Shown here: piece by piece, positions 17,129 to 26,811 of the stretch
How the letters are laid out: each line of letters opens with the position of its first letter
How positions within the stretch are numbered: the first letter of the stretch is position 1
DNA from: Planctomycetia bacterium
Lineage (GTDB): Bacteria; Planctomycetota; Planctomycetia; Pirellulales; UBA1268
NCBI GenBank assembly: GCA_026401035.1
Contig: JAPLNR010000053.1
Coordinates: 89,451-153,450, forward strand
Length of the DNA: 64,000 nt
Direction: 5' to 3'
Translations under genes and position numbers: made by a program
Notes under the pieces: model-generated
The model's input: the letters and a program-made list of their open reading frames with translations, nothing else
Database searches by the model: none
What the model was told of the DNA's origin: nothing

Positions 17129-18373
17129 ATGACCAATCAACCTTCTTCCACGGCCGACGACCCGGCACCGGCCAGCGGCCTGCCCACCGCGACGGTGATC
17201 CTCAAGCCCAAGCGGGCCCGCCCGTTCTTCGGCCGGCATCCGTGGGTGCTCGATTCGGCGGTGCTTCGCGTCGAGGGCGACCCGACCGACGGCGCCGTGG
17301 TCGACCTCGCCACGCACGATGGCAACTTCGTGGCCCGCGGCCTCTGGAATGCCGCGAGCCGGCTCCGCGTGCGGCTCTATGCCTTCGACGCCGCCACCAA
17401 ACTCGACGGCTCCTTCTGGCAGGCCCGCATCGAATCGGCCATCAAACTCCGCCAGGTGCTCGGCCTCGACGACCGCGCCGGGGCGGCCCGCCTGGTCAAC
17501 AGCGAGGGGGACAACCTCTCCGGGCTGATCGTCGACCGCTATGGCGACTACCTCGCCGTGCAGGTGACGGCGCTGGCGATGGCGCACCGTCTCGATGCGA
17601 TCTGCGACACGCTCGAAGCGGTCGTCAAGCCGGCCGGCATCCTCCTGCGCGGCGCGGAACGGGGGCTGGCAAAACTCGAGGGGCTGCACCTCGCCGACCG
17701 GCTCGTTCGCGGCACCGCGCCCGCCGGGGCGATCTTCGTGCAGGAGCACGGCCTGAAGTTCGGCGTGGATCTCACGGAAGGGCAGAAGACCGGCTACTAC
17801 CTCGACCAGCGCGACAACCGGCAGGCTGCGGCGCGATATGCCAGGGGCCGCCGCGTGCTCGACCTGTTCTGCTACTCGGGCGGATTCAGCGTGGCCTGCG
17901 CCCAGAGCGGCGGGGCCGCGAGCGTGCTGGCCGTCGATTCGAGCGCGAAGGCGACGACGCTGGCCAAGGCGAATGCCGATCTCAACGGCGCGGCCAACGT
18001 CACGGTCGAGACAGCCGACGCCTTCGAGAAGCTCGACGCCCTCGCGGCAGCCGGCGAGCGGTTCGGCATGGTGATCCTCGACCCGCCGAAATTCGCCCGC
18101 AGCCGGGCCTCCCTGGACGACGCCCTGCGGGCCTACCACCGGATCAACCGCGTGGCCGTCGGGCTACTCGAGCCGGGCGGCATTCTCGTGACCTGCTCCT
18201 GCTCAGGCTCCGTGTCGCGGGACGATTTCCTGCAGATGCTCGCGGGCGTGGCCCAGCGGAGCGGCCGGCCCCTCCAGCTCCTCGAATGCCGCGGCGCGGC
18301 GCCAGACCATCCGGTGAGCGCCAGCTGCCTCGAGGGGGAATACCTCAAGTGCGTGATCGCCCGCGTGGCCTGA
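17129..18373 (+). CDS. rlmI: class I SAM-dependent rRNA (cytosine-C5) methyltransferase, RlmI-like (PUA + MTase)
   Basis: HPWVLDSAV, GLWNAASRLRVRLY, GQKTGYYLDQRDNR, VLDLFCYSGGFSV and ILDPPKFA blocks. Confidence 0.8.
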   Translation: MTNQPSSTADDPAPASGLPTATVILKPKRARPFFGRHPWVLDSAVLRVEGDPTDGAVVDLATHDGNFVARGLWNAASRLRVRLYAFDAATKLDGSFWQARIESAIKLRQVLGLDDRAGAARLVNSEGDNLSGLIVDRYGDYLAVQVTALAMAHRLDAICDTLEAVVKPAGILLRGAERGLAKLEGLHLADRLVRGTAPAGAIFVQEHGLKFGVDLTEGQKTGYYLDQRDNRQAAARYARGRRVLDLFCYSGGFSVACAQSGGAASVLAVDSSAKATTLAKANADLNGAANVTVETADAFEKLDALAAAGERFGMVILDPPKFARSRASLDDALRAYHRINRVAVGLLEPGGILVTCSCSGSVSRDDFLQMLAGVAQRSGRPLQLLECRGAAPDHPVSASCLEGEYLKCVIARVA

Positions 18374-18437
18374 GTTTTTGAACGGCGAAAGCCTGCGCGG
18401 AACGGGATCTGCGGGGCGTGGCTGCCGATGCTGAGGA

Positions 18438-18561
18438 GCCGGGTCGGCGGAAGCTCGCGGAGCATTGGAGTTTTCGCCGGGTTGAGGTCGGCGCTCCTGC
18501 ACGGGCTCGGTGCGAAAAATCCACGCGACAAGACTTCTGCCGACCCGGCGACCAATGCGGG
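18438..18561 (+). repeat. ~125-nt imperfect-palindrome intergenic element, copy C
   Basis: Outer stem 18438-18453 pairs with 18534-18549 (16 bp, one G-U). Inner stem 18467-18477 pairs with 18512-18522. The tail is GACCAATGCGGG. Confidence 0.85.
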
Positions 18562-18585
18562 TTGTTTGTGCAGCGCGGCGAGCGG

Positions 18586-18633
18586 GGCAGGCTTGAGCCT
18601 GTCGCTGTGATTGACAGGCTGAAGCCTGTCCTA
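18586..18633 (-). repeat. two adjacent REP-like hairpins; the second carries the TAG stop of the gene at 18631..18906
   Basis: GGCAGGC-ttga-GCCTGTC lies at 18586-18603 and GACAGGC-tgaa-GCCTGTC at 18613-18630, followed by CTA (18631-18633). On the minus strand this reads TAGGACAGGCTTCAGCCTGTC. Confidence 0.85.
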
Positions 18634-18906
18634 CAGTTTCCGCAGGCGCGTGTATTCGTCCATGGTGACGGTCGTGAGTTCGCCGTCGTCGCGGGACAGG
18701 ATCAGGACGTCGCTGTAGACCTTGTCGTCGGGGTTGCGGCGGAAGTGCAGCCCATGGCGGCGGCGCTCGCGGCAGAGCACCTTGCCCACCGTCGTCGTGC
18801 TCCACTTCGCGCTCGAGCCGACGGTGACGCCGTGGATCACCTCCACCCGGTCGCCCGGCTGGAGCTGTTCGTAGAGGCTGCGGGCCTGGTATTCCTCGGG
18901 GGTCAT
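18631..18906 (-). CDS. hypothetical small protein downstream of ilvC
   Basis: ORF 18631..18930 trimmed to Met9 ([23 protein letters not shown]...). This start overlaps the ilvC stop by 1 nt. No recognisable family. Confidence 0.45.
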   Translation of the reverse strand: MTPEEYQARSLYEQLQPGDRVEVIHGVTVGSSAKWSTTTVGKVLCRERRRHGLHFRRNPDDKVYSDVLILSRDDGELTTVTMDEYTRLRKL

Positions 18907-19910
18907 CAGACTTCCTTCGATTCGATCCACTTCATCATCTTGCGGAGGCCGCGGCCGGTCTCCGTGAGCTTGTGCTCCCGCTCGCGGCGGCGCGTGCTCT
19001 TGAACATTGCCGCTCCGCCACGGTTCTCGAGGATCCAGTCGCGGGCAAACTCGCCCGAGCGGATCTCCTCGAGGATCTTCTTCATTTCCTTGCGGGTCTC
19101 TTCGGTGATGATCCGCTTGCCCCGCGTGTAGTCACCGTATTCGGCCGTGTTCGACACGCTGTACCGCATGTATTCCAGGCCGCCCTGATACAGGAGGTCG
19201 ACGATGAGCTTCATCTCGTGGAGGCATTCGAAATAGGCCATCTCCGGCTGGTAGCCTGCCTCGACGAGCGTGTCGAAGCCGGCCTTGATGAGCTCGGAAA
19301 CACCGCCGCAGAGCACGGCCTGCTCACCGAAGAGGTCGGTTTCCGTCTCTTCCGCGATCGTTGTCTCGATCACACCGCCCCGCGTGCCGCCGATGCCCTT
19401 GGCATAGGCGAGGCCGAGCTTCTTGGTCTCGGGCGAGGCGCCGGGGCCGAGGGCGATCAGGCAGGGCACGCCGCCCCCCTTCACGTATTCGCTCCGCACC
19501 AGGTGCCCGGGGCCCTTGGGGGCCACCAGCATGATGTCGTGGCCGGCCGGCGGCTCGACCTGGCCGAAGTGGAAGTTGAAGCCGTGGCTGGCCATCAGCA
19601 CGGCGCCCTTCTTCAGGTTCGGCTTGATCGCCGCTTTGTAGACGTCGCCCTGCAGTTCGTCCGGCAGCAGGATGTTGACAAGGTCGGCCTGCTTGACGGC
19701 CTCCTCGACGCTCACGGGAGCGAAGCCATGGCTCTTGGCGAGTTCATAGTTGGGGCCGCCCGGCCGCTGCGCCACGACCACCTTTAGCCCGCTGTCGCGG
19801 AGGTTCTGCGCCTGGGCGTGGCCCTGGCTGCCATAGCCGATGATGGCGATGGTCTTTCCCTCGAGGGCCTTCAGGTCGGCATCGGCGTCGTAATAGATCG
19901 TTGCAGGCAC
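18906..19910 (-). CDS. ilvC: ketol-acid reductoisomerase (class I)
   Basis: GTG start at 19910 ([36 protein letters not shown]). The upstream part of ORF 18906..20027 is Pro-rich non-homologous sequence. 334 aa. Confidence 0.92.
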   Translation of the reverse strand: MPATIYYDADADLKALEGKTIAIIGYGSQGHAQAQNLRDSGLKVVVAQRPGGPNYELAKSHGFAPVSVEEAVKQADLVNILLPDELQGDVYKAAIKPNLKKGAVLMASHGFNFHFGQVEPPAGHDIMLVAPKGPGHLVRSEYVKGGGVPCLIALGPGASPETKKLGLAYAKGIGGTRGGVIETTIAEETETDLFGEQAVLCGGVSELIKAGFDTLVEAGYQPEMAYFECLHEMKLIVDLLYQGGLEYMRYSVSNTAEYGDYTRGKRIITEETRKEMKKILEEIRSGEFARDWILENRGGAAMFKSTRRREREHKLTETGRGLRKMMKWIESKEV

Positions 19911-19977
19911 GGTGTGCTCCGGGTGTGGCGAGAGAAGATTGGTGAAAAAAGTAGGTGAAAAAATGAAGAGCGGACGA

Positions 19978-20535
19978 TCAGGCGAAGGAATCGGTCTCGG
20001 CGGCCGCGTCGGCGGGTCGGGCACCATCGGCAGCCTCGGTGACTTCGCGGGTGGGCGGGCTGCCCCGCACCATCGCGATCCGGCCGGTGCGGACGAGCTC
20101 CAGAATGCCGAGCGGCCGCATCAACTCGATGAAGCCCTCGATCTTCTTTTCGGTGCCGGAGATCTCCACGACCACGCTGTCGGCGGCCACGTCGACGATC
20201 CGGCCGCGGAAAATCTCGGCGAGTTCCTTGACGTGAGACCGTGTCGGGCCGGCCGGGGCGGAGACCTTCAGCAGCATCAGATCGCGTTCGACGTAGTTGC
20301 GGGAGCTGATGTCGTCGACACGGACCACCGTCACGATCTTTTCCAGCTGCCGCCGCACCTGGTCGAGCATGCGGTCGTCGCCCCGCAGCACGAAGGTCAT
20401 CCGTGAAAAACCGCGGTCTTCGGTCTCACCGACGGCGAGGCTGTCGATGTTGTAGCCGCGGGAGGCAAGCATGCCCGAGACGTGCGCCAGCACGCCCGGA
20501 ACGTTTTGGACGGTGGCCGAAATCACATGTCGCAT
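19978..20535 (-). CDS. ilvN: acetolactate synthase small (regulatory) subunit
   Basis: Trimmed to ATG 20535 ([40 protein letters not shown]...). ACT domain plus a C-terminal ALS_ss_C-like part. Confidence 0.9.
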   Translation of the reverse strand: MRHVISATVQNVPGVLAHVSGMLASRGYNIDSLAVGETEDRGFSRMTFVLRGDDRMLDQVRRQLEKIVTVVRVDDISSRNYVERDLMLLKVSAPAGPTRSHVKELAEIFRGRIVDVAADSVVVEISGTEKKIEGFIELMRPLGILELVRTGRIAMVRGSPPTREVTEAADGARPADAAAETDSFA

Positions 20536-20710
20536 GTCTGCGGTCGGCAAGGAATTGCCGCGAGAGGGGGGCGGGAGGGCATCAAGGGACAGCCCCGGAG
20601 TGTAGTTTGGGCTGTCCGGCCGATTCAAGCCTCCGGCCGCGGTTTGCCCCGGGGTTTGGGCGGCGATCGTGGGCGGGTTTGCCGCCTGTGGCGGGGATGC
20701 CGGTCGTGCG

Positions 20711-20738
20711 TTGACACGGCCGTGAAAAAGCCGATAGT
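20711..20738 (+). promoter_or_regulatory. candidate sigma-70-type promoter for rpsB
   Basis: TTGACA (20711-20716), a 16-nt spacer, then GATAGT (20733-20738), 37 nt upstream of the rpsB ATG. Confidence 0.35.
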
Positions 20739-20774
20739 TTGCGGTGCTCCACTGCCCTTGAAACCCTCAACCCC

Positions 20775-21608
20775 ATGAGTGTGAGAAGCGTGTCGAACGT
20801 CTTGGCCCAAGAGTTGATCGAAGCCGGCGTGCATTTTGGCCATCGTGCCAGCCGCTGGAATCCGAAGATGAAGCCGTACATCCACGGCCGTCGCAACCTC
20901 ATCCACATTATCGACGTCCGCGAGACCATCCGTGGACTGCTCCGGGCCCGCAAATATCTGAAGCAGGTGTCCACCACCGGCAGCCTCGTGCTCTTCGTGG
21001 GTACGAAGCGGCAGGGCGCCGAGGCCGTGGCCCGCGAGGCGGCCCGTTGCGGCATGCCCTACGTGAGCGACCGCTGGCTTGGCGGCACACTCACCAATTT
21101 CCGCACGATCCGCAACCGTCTGGCCCGCCTCGAGGAACTCGAGAAACTCATGCCGTCGGAGGAATTCAGCGCCTACTCGAAGAAGATGCAGTCGTCGCTG
21201 CGGCGCGAGTTCCGCAAGATGGAACGGAATCTCGGCGGCATTCGCACACTGTCGCGGCTGCCCGAATGCCTCGTCGTGTTCGACCCGAAGAAGGAAAAGA
21301 ACGCGGTCAACGAGGCCCGGAAGATGGGCATCACCACCGTGTCGCTGATCGACACCGACTGCGACCCCGACATGGTCGATCTGCCGATCCCCGGCAATGA
21401 CGACTCGATCCGCTCGATCGAACTCGTCGCCGCCCGACTGGCCGACGCCATCCTCGAGGGCAAGTCACAGGTGGCGGCTGAAGCTCAGGTGAAGGCCGAG
21501 GGTGCCGACGTGTCCGGCGACGCCGAGACGGGCGAGGGCAAGGCGAAGGCCGGCCCGAAGCCCCGCGCGACCGCCAAGAAGGCCATGCCGAAGCCCCCGA
21601 AGGTCTAA
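20775..21608 (+). CDS. rpsB: 30S ribosomal protein S2
   Basis: Trimmed to ATG 20775. [33 protein letters not shown] with a Lys/Ala-rich acidic C-terminal tail. Confidence 0.92.
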   Translation: MSVRSVSNVLAQELIEAGVHFGHRASRWNPKMKPYIHGRRNLIHIIDVRETIRGLLRARKYLKQVSTTGSLVLFVGTKRQGAEAVAREAARCGMPYVSDRWLGGTLTNFRTIRNRLARLEELEKLMPSEEFSAYSKKMQSSLRREFRKMERNLGGIRTLSRLPECLVVFDPKKEKNAVNEARKMGITTVSLIDTDCDPDMVDLPIPGNDDSIRSIELVAARLADAILEGKSQVAAEAQVKAEGADVSGDAETGEGKAKAGPKPRATAKKAMPKPPKV

Positions 21609-21770
21609 AGCTCTCATGCGGGGAAGGCCGCCCATGGCCCTTTCCCGCTTGGCAGCGGCAGAAACGCCAAGGTTTTTGCCACTGCCGGGCATGGCCTGCC
21701 ACCGTGCTTCGCCTTGTGGCCACGACTTTTTCCAGCCAGCACACATCGTTTGACAGAGGAGTGAAGACCC

Positions 21771-22610
21771 ATGGCCGAGATTACAGCAGCCGCAGTGATG
21801 GCCCTCCGCGACAAGACGGGCCTGCCAATGATGGAGTGCAAAAAGGCGCTCCTGGAGTGCGGCGGCAACACCGACGAGGCGGTCGAGTGGCTCCGCAAGC
21901 AGGGCATCAAGACACAGGCCATGCGGGCTGACCGCGAGATGTCGATGGGCCGGCTGGCCGTCTATGCCGATCCGGCGAAGGGCGTAGGCACGATCATCGA
22001 ACTGAAGTGCGAGAGCGCGCCGGTGGCCGGCAGCCCCGACTTCAAGGATCTCGCCAACGACATCGCGAAAACACTGGCCCTTGGTCCGGGCGCGAAGACG
22101 CCGGCCGATCTGCTGGCCCAGAAGAGCCAGGCACACCCCGACAAGACGCTCGGCGAACTGAAGGACGACCTCTTCAATCGCATGCGCGAGGTCTTCGACC
22201 TGGCGCGGATCTGCCGCATCGATGCCCCGTGCGGCGGCTATGCCCATCACGACGGCTCCAAGGCGGCGCTCGTCGAGGTCGCCGGCAAGACAACTGCCCC
22301 CGAGGCGGCCACGACCGCCAAGGAGATCGCCATGCACGTCGTGGCGCTCGCTCCGCAGGCGATCACCAAGGAGGATCTCGATCCGGCCGTGGTCGCCAAG
22401 GAACGGGAGATTCTCACCGAAGCGGCCCGCAGCGAAGGCAAGCCGGAAAACATCATCGCCAAGATGATCGAGGGTCGGCTGCGAAATTTCTTCAGCCAGT
22501 GCGTGCTCCTCGAGCAGCCGTTCGTGAAGGACGACAAGCAGACGGTCAGCCAGTTTGCCAAGGCGGCCGGACTCGAAGTGAAGCGGATGGAGAATTGGAA
22601 GCTATCTTGA
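21771..22610 (+). CDS. tsf: translation elongation factor Ts
   Basis: [45 protein letters not shown] (UBA-like N-terminus), with an AGAGGAG Shine-Dalgarno (SD) sequence upstream. Confidence 0.92.
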   Translation: MAEITAAAVMALRDKTGLPMMECKKALLECGGNTDEAVEWLRKQGIKTQAMRADREMSMGRLAVYADPAKGVGTIIELKCESAPVAGSPDFKDLANDIAKTLALGPGAKTPADLLAQKSQAHPDKTLGELKDDLFNRMREVFDLARICRIDAPCGGYAHHDGSKAALVEVAGKTTAPEAATTAKEIAMHVVALAPQAITKEDLDPAVVAKEREILTEAARSEGKPENIIAKMIEGRLRNFFSQCVLLEQPFVKDDKQTVSQFAKAAGLEVKRMENWKLS

Positions 22611-22653
22611 CGCGGTGCGAGCCAGCCCTGGCCGCTCTCAGGACCGACAAGAC

Positions 22654-23388
22654 ATGACGGCTGCTCCTTATCGCCGCGTGCTCCTCAAACTCTCGGGTGA
22701 GAGCTTCGCCCGGCCGGGAGAGCGGGGCATCTCGATGGACGAGGTCGTCCACGTGGCCCAGCAGATGGTCCAGGCCGCCGCGAGCGGCGTGCAACTGGCG
22801 ATCGTCATCGGTGGCGGCAACATCCTCCGCGGGGCCTCGTTCACCGCCGGCAATTCCGGCGTGCAGGAGGCCACGGCCCACTACATGGGCATGCTCGCCA
22901 CCATGATCAACGGCCTGGCCCTGCAGGACGCGCTCGAAAGCCTCGGCGCCCAGACCCGGCTGATGACCGCGATCCGCATGGACGGGGTCGCCGAGCCCTA
23001 CATCCGCCGCCGCGCCCGCCGGCACCTCGAGAAGGGGCGGATCGTGATCCTCGCCGCCGGCACGGGCAGCCCGTTCGTGACGACCGACACGGCCGCGGCC
23101 CAGCGGGCCCTGGAACTCGAGACCGACATCCTCATGAAGGCCACGCGCGTGGACGGCGTCTTCTCCGACGACCCGGAAAAAAATCCCCATGCGTTGCTCT
23201 ACCGCGACCTCACCTACCAGCAGGTGCGGGAGCAGAATCTCCGCGTGATGGATGCCACCGCCATCTCGCAATGCATGGAACACGCGATGCCGATCCTCGT
23301 CTTCAACTACCGCAAGGAAGGCAACATCGAGCGGGCCGTGGCCGGTGAGCGGATCGGCACGCTGGTCAGCGCGAAGGTCGCCCCATGA
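22654..23388 (+). CDS. pyrH: UMP kinase
   Basis: Trimmed to ATG 22654. [33 protein letters not shown]-like and TTDTAAA.RA blocks. Confidence 0.92.
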   Translation: MTAAPYRRVLLKLSGESFARPGERGISMDEVVHVAQQMVQAAASGVQLAIVIGGGNILRGASFTAGNSGVQEATAHYMGMLATMINGLALQDALESLGAQTRLMTAIRMDGVAEPYIRRRARRHLEKGRIVILAAGTGSPFVTTDTAAAQRALELETDILMKATRVDGVFSDDPEKNPHALLYRDLTYQQVREQNLRVMDATAISQCMEHAMPILVFNYRKEGNIERAVAGERIGTLVSAKVAP

Positions 23389-25343
23389 GCCAACCCCACC
23401 ATGATCACCGCCACTATGCGTGGTGGCTGATCATGTGCCTCTGTGGTGTCGATTACTTCAGCACGCTCGGCTACCAGCCCTCGATCGCCTTCGAGGGGGC
23501 CGGCACGCTCGCCCCGATCGCGACGTTCGTGCTCGTGCTCGTGACGCTCTTCGGGGCCCTGCCGATCTACCGGCACGTGGCCGGCGAGACGCCCGACGGC
23601 GTCGGCTCGATCGGCATGATCGAGCGGATGTTCCGCGGCTGGTCGGGCAAGATCGTGGTGCTCGTGCTGATCGGCTTCGCGGCCACCGACTTCGTGATCA
23701 CGAAGACGCTCTCCGCCGCCGACGCGGCCGCCCATCTCATCAGCAATCCGCTCTACGCCGATATCGCGCCGGCCTGGATGCAGAGCCAGATGGCGGTGAC
23801 GATGTTTCTGCTGGTGATGCTGGGGGCGATGTTCCTCAAGGGCTATGGCGAGGTGGTGGGGCTGGCGACGATTCTCGTGATCGCCTTCCTCGGACTCTCG
23901 TTCGTGGTCATCGCGGCCGGGCTCTTCTACCTGTTCACGCATCCCACGCTCCTGCCGCACTGGATCGGCGAGATCACGGCCGGCAGCTACCACCTCGCCC
24001 ATGCCCCACTCCCCGGCAGCGGGCCCTGGGTCGCGCTTGGCATCTCGCTCCTGGTGTTCCCGAAACTGGCCCTCGGCTTGAGCGGCTTCGAGACGGGCGT
24101 GCTGCAGATCCATCTGGTCGAGGGCACCCCGGCCGACCCGGCGAACCAGGCAGCCCGCATCGCCAACACGCGAAAACTGCTCCTTGTCGCCGCACTCATC
24201 ATGTCGGTGCTGCTGATCGGCTCGTCGCTCGTGACCGGCACCGACACGCTGATCCCGGCCGACGAGCTCCGGCTCGAGCCCGTGAAGGGCAAGGCGATCG
24301 ACCGGGCGCTGGCCTACATCGCCCACGGCGAAAGCCCTCATCCGATCTGTCCGCTCTTCGGCAACGCGTTCGGCACCGCCTACGACGTGAGCACGATCCT
24401 GATCCTCTGGTTCGCCGGTGCCTCGGCGATGGCCGGCCTGCTCAACATGGTGCCCCGCTACCTGCCGCGGTTCGGCATGGCGCCGGAGTGGGCGGGGGCC
24501 TACCGGCCGCTCGTGATCGCCTTCACCGTCATCAATCTGGTTGTGACGCTCGCCTTCCGGGCCGACGTCTCCGCCCAGGGCGGCGCCTACGCCACGGGCG
24601 TGCTCGTGCTCATGACCAGCGCCTGCATTGCGTCGCTGATCCACATTCACAAGGAGTTCCGCAGCGCGACGGAGCATCGGGCAGGCCTCTTCTGGCAGCA
24701 AATCGGCTTCGGGCTGATCACGCTCGTCTTCATCTACACGACGCTCGCCAACATCTGGGAACGGCCCGACGGCATCATCATCGCCTCCATCTTCATCGCC
24801 TGCGTGATGCTGATCTCGTTCACGTCGCGGGCCTGGCGGAGTGACGAGTTGCGGCTCAAGGAATTCCGGTTCGCCGACGACGCCGAGCGGATGCTCTGGA
24901 CCGACATCCTGCTCGAGGGGGCGTTTCGGGTGCTCGTGCCGCACCGGCCGGGCAGCCGGTCGCTGGACGAGAAGGAGACGGAGATCCGCCGCAAGCACCG
25001 CATCCCCGACAACGTGCCCATCGTGTTTCTCGAGGTGCACTACGGCGACGTGAGCGAGTTTGAAAACGCGCCCATCATCTCGGTGCGGCAAGAGGGCAAC
25101 CGGTTCATCATCACGGCCCGCGATGTCGTCTCGGTGTCGCACACGATCGCCCAGCTCGCGATGGAGATGACCAAGAGCAGCGCCCCGCTCGACGTGGTCT
25201 TCGGCTGGAGCAAGGGCGGCAGCCTGAAACTCGCGCTTGATTACGTGCTCTTCGGGCAGGGCGACGTGCCCAATCGCGTGGTCGACCTGCTCGACAAGGC
25301 GATCACCGACCCCGCCAAGCGGCCGACCGTCATCGTCGGCTAA
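23385..25343 (+). CDS. APC-superfamily-like permease with a ~180-aa C-terminal cytoplasmic domain
   Basis: The ATG overlaps the pyrH stop (ATGA). It has about 12 hydrophobic segments in the first ~470 aa, then a soluble tail (...[19 protein letters not shown]...[17 protein letters not shown]...). The family assignment is tentative. Confidence 0.55.
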   Translation: MSQPHHDHRHYAWWLIMCLCGVDYFSTLGYQPSIAFEGAGTLAPIATFVLVLVTLFGALPIYRHVAGETPDGVGSIGMIERMFRGWSGKIVVLVLIGFAATDFVITKTLSAADAAAHLISNPLYADIAPAWMQSQMAVTMFLLVMLGAMFLKGYGEVVGLATILVIAFLGLSFVVIAAGLFYLFTHPTLLPHWIGEITAGSYHLAHAPLPGSGPWVALGISLLVFPKLALGLSGFETGVLQIHLVEGTPADPANQAARIANTRKLLLVAALIMSVLLIGSSLVTGTDTLIPADELRLEPVKGKAIDRALAYIAHGESPHPICPLFGNAFGTAYDVSTILILWFAGASAMAGLLNMVPRYLPRFGMAPEWAGAYRPLVIAFTVINLVVTLAFRADVSAQGGAYATGVLVLMTSACIASLIHIHKEFRSATEHRAGLFWQQIGFGLITLVFIYTTLANIWERPDGIIIASIFIACVMLISFTSRAWRSDELRLKEFRFADDAERMLWTDILLEGAFRVLVPHRPGSRSLDEKETEIRRKHRIPDNVPIVFLEVHYGDVSEFENAPIISVRQEGNRFIITARDVVSVSHTIAQLAMEMTKSSAPLDVVFGWSKGGSLKLALDYVLFGQGDVPNRVVDLLDKAITDPAKRPTVIVG

Positions 25344-25467
25344 CAAAGCTGGCCGCGCGGTGCGACCGGTCGGCTTGCCTGCGGCCAGACGCTCCTGCAA
25401 GAATTATGACTCTGCCGGCGCCGCGCCGGACCTGCCGCCGCCCCCGACCACGAAGGAGCCTTTTGCG

Positions 25468-26028
25468 ATGCCCGCCGACGACATTCTGCTCGACGCCGAG
25501 GAACGGATGGAGAAGGCGGTCGATGTCTTCCGCCACGCGCTGACCGGCATCCGCACCGGGCGGGCCAACCCCGGGCTCGTCGATTCCCTGCGGGTGGAGG
25601 TCTATGGCTCCCCGACCCCGATCAAGGCGTTGGCGAGCGTCGGTGCGCCCGAGCCCAACCAGATCGTCGTGCGGCCGTTCGATCCGGGCACGATCAAGGA
25701 TATCGAGAAGGCGATCCAGGCCTCCGACCTGGGGCTCAATCCGCAGAGCGACGGCCGGCTGATCCGGATCACGATCCCCGCCCTCTCGACGGACGTGCGG
25801 AAGAAGATGACAGCCCGCATCAAGGAACTGGCTGAGGAGTCCCGCGTGGCGATCCGCAACGTGCGCCGCGACGGCAACAAGGCGGCCGACACCGAGAAGA
25901 CCGACGGCACCCTCACCGAGGACGACTGCGAGTCGACCAAGGAGGAGGTGCAGGAACTCACGAAAAAGTATGAGGCGAAGGTGGGCGACCTCGCGCGGGC
26001 GAAGGAAGCCGAAGTGATGGAGCAATAG
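25468..26028 (+). CDS. frr: ribosome recycling factor
   Basis: Trimmed to ATG 25468, with a GAAGGAG SD sequence 10 nt upstream. GIRTGRANPGL.D...V.YG...P....A.V..PE......PFD; 186 aa. Confidence 0.92.
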   Translation: MPADDILLDAEERMEKAVDVFRHALTGIRTGRANPGLVDSLRVEVYGSPTPIKALASVGAPEPNQIVVRPFDPGTIKDIEKAIQASDLGLNPQSDGRLIRITIPALSTDVRKKMTARIKELAEESRVAIRNVRRDGNKAADTEKTDGTLTEDDCESTKEEVQELTKKYEAKVGDLARAKEAEVMEQ

Positions 26029-26046
26029 CGCCCGGCCCGCCGGCCG

Positions 26047-26811
26047 ATGCGTGTGGCAATGATCGAAGTCGTCGATCTGGTGAAGCACTACCGGGCGAGC
26101 GACGGCAGCGTGGTCCGCGCGGTCGATGGGGTGTCGTTGGCCGTCCACCCCGGCGAGATGGTGGGCCTGCTCGGGGCCAACGGCGCCGGCAAGACGACGA
26201 CACTGCGGGTGCTCGCCACGCTGCTCAAGCCGACGTCGGGTACCGCCCGCGTCGCCGGCTGCGACGTGCGGCACGATCCCGTCGGCGTGCGGCGCAGCCT
26301 CGGCTATGTGTCGGCGACGACGGGCGTTCCCGACCGGCTGACGGCCCGGGAGATCTTCAGTTCTTTCGGCGAACTGCATGGCCTGGAGGCGGCCGGCCTC
26401 GCGGCCCGCGTCGAACGGCTCATCGAGGTTCTCGACCTCGCGTCATGCGCTGACCGGCCGGCAGGGCGGCTCTCGTCGGGGCAGCGGCAGCGGGTGTCGC
26501 TCGGCAGGGCGCTCATTCACGATCCGCCGGCGCTGGTGCTCGACGAGCCGACCAATGCCCTCGACGTGGTCGGCGCCCGCGACCTGCTCTCGTTTCTTGC
26601 CCAGTTGCGGGGCGAGGGCCGCGCGATCCTGCTCTCCACCCACCGGCTCCATGAAATCGAAAATCGCTGCGATCGCTTCGTGATCATCCACGGCGGACGC
26701 GTGCTGGCCACGGGCACCCGCGACGAACTGCTCGCCGCCTGGGCGGACGGGCAGGGGGCCGAACTGGAAGACGCCTTCTTCGCCGCGTTGGCCGGAGGGG
26801 GTGCGGGATGA
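26047..26811 (+). CDS. ABC transporter ATP-binding protein (ABC-2/NatA-like)
   Basis: Walker A GANGAGKTT, Q-loop, signature LSSGQRQR, Walker B LVLDEPTNALD and an H-loop. Confidence 0.9.
   Translation: MRVAMIEVVDLVKHYRASDGSVVRAVDGVSLAVHPGEMVGLLGANGAGKTTTLRVLATLLKPTSGTARVAGCDVRHDPVGVRRSLGYVSATTGVPDRLTAREIFSSFGELHGLEAAGLAARVERLIEVLDLASCADRPAGRLSSGQRQRVSLGRALIHDPPALVLDEPTNALDVVGARDLLSFLAQLRGEGRAILLSTHRLHEIENRCDRFVIIHGGRVLATGTRDELLAAWADGQGAELEDAFFAALAGGGAG

Noticed and set aside
20587-20617. A perfect 9-bp inverted repeat GGACAGCCC...GGGCTGTCC in the ilvN leader, considered as an ilv attenuator.
   Set aside because: There is no Ile/Val/Leu-rich leader peptide ORF and no U-tract after the stem on the ilvN strand. 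It may simply be another small palindrome.
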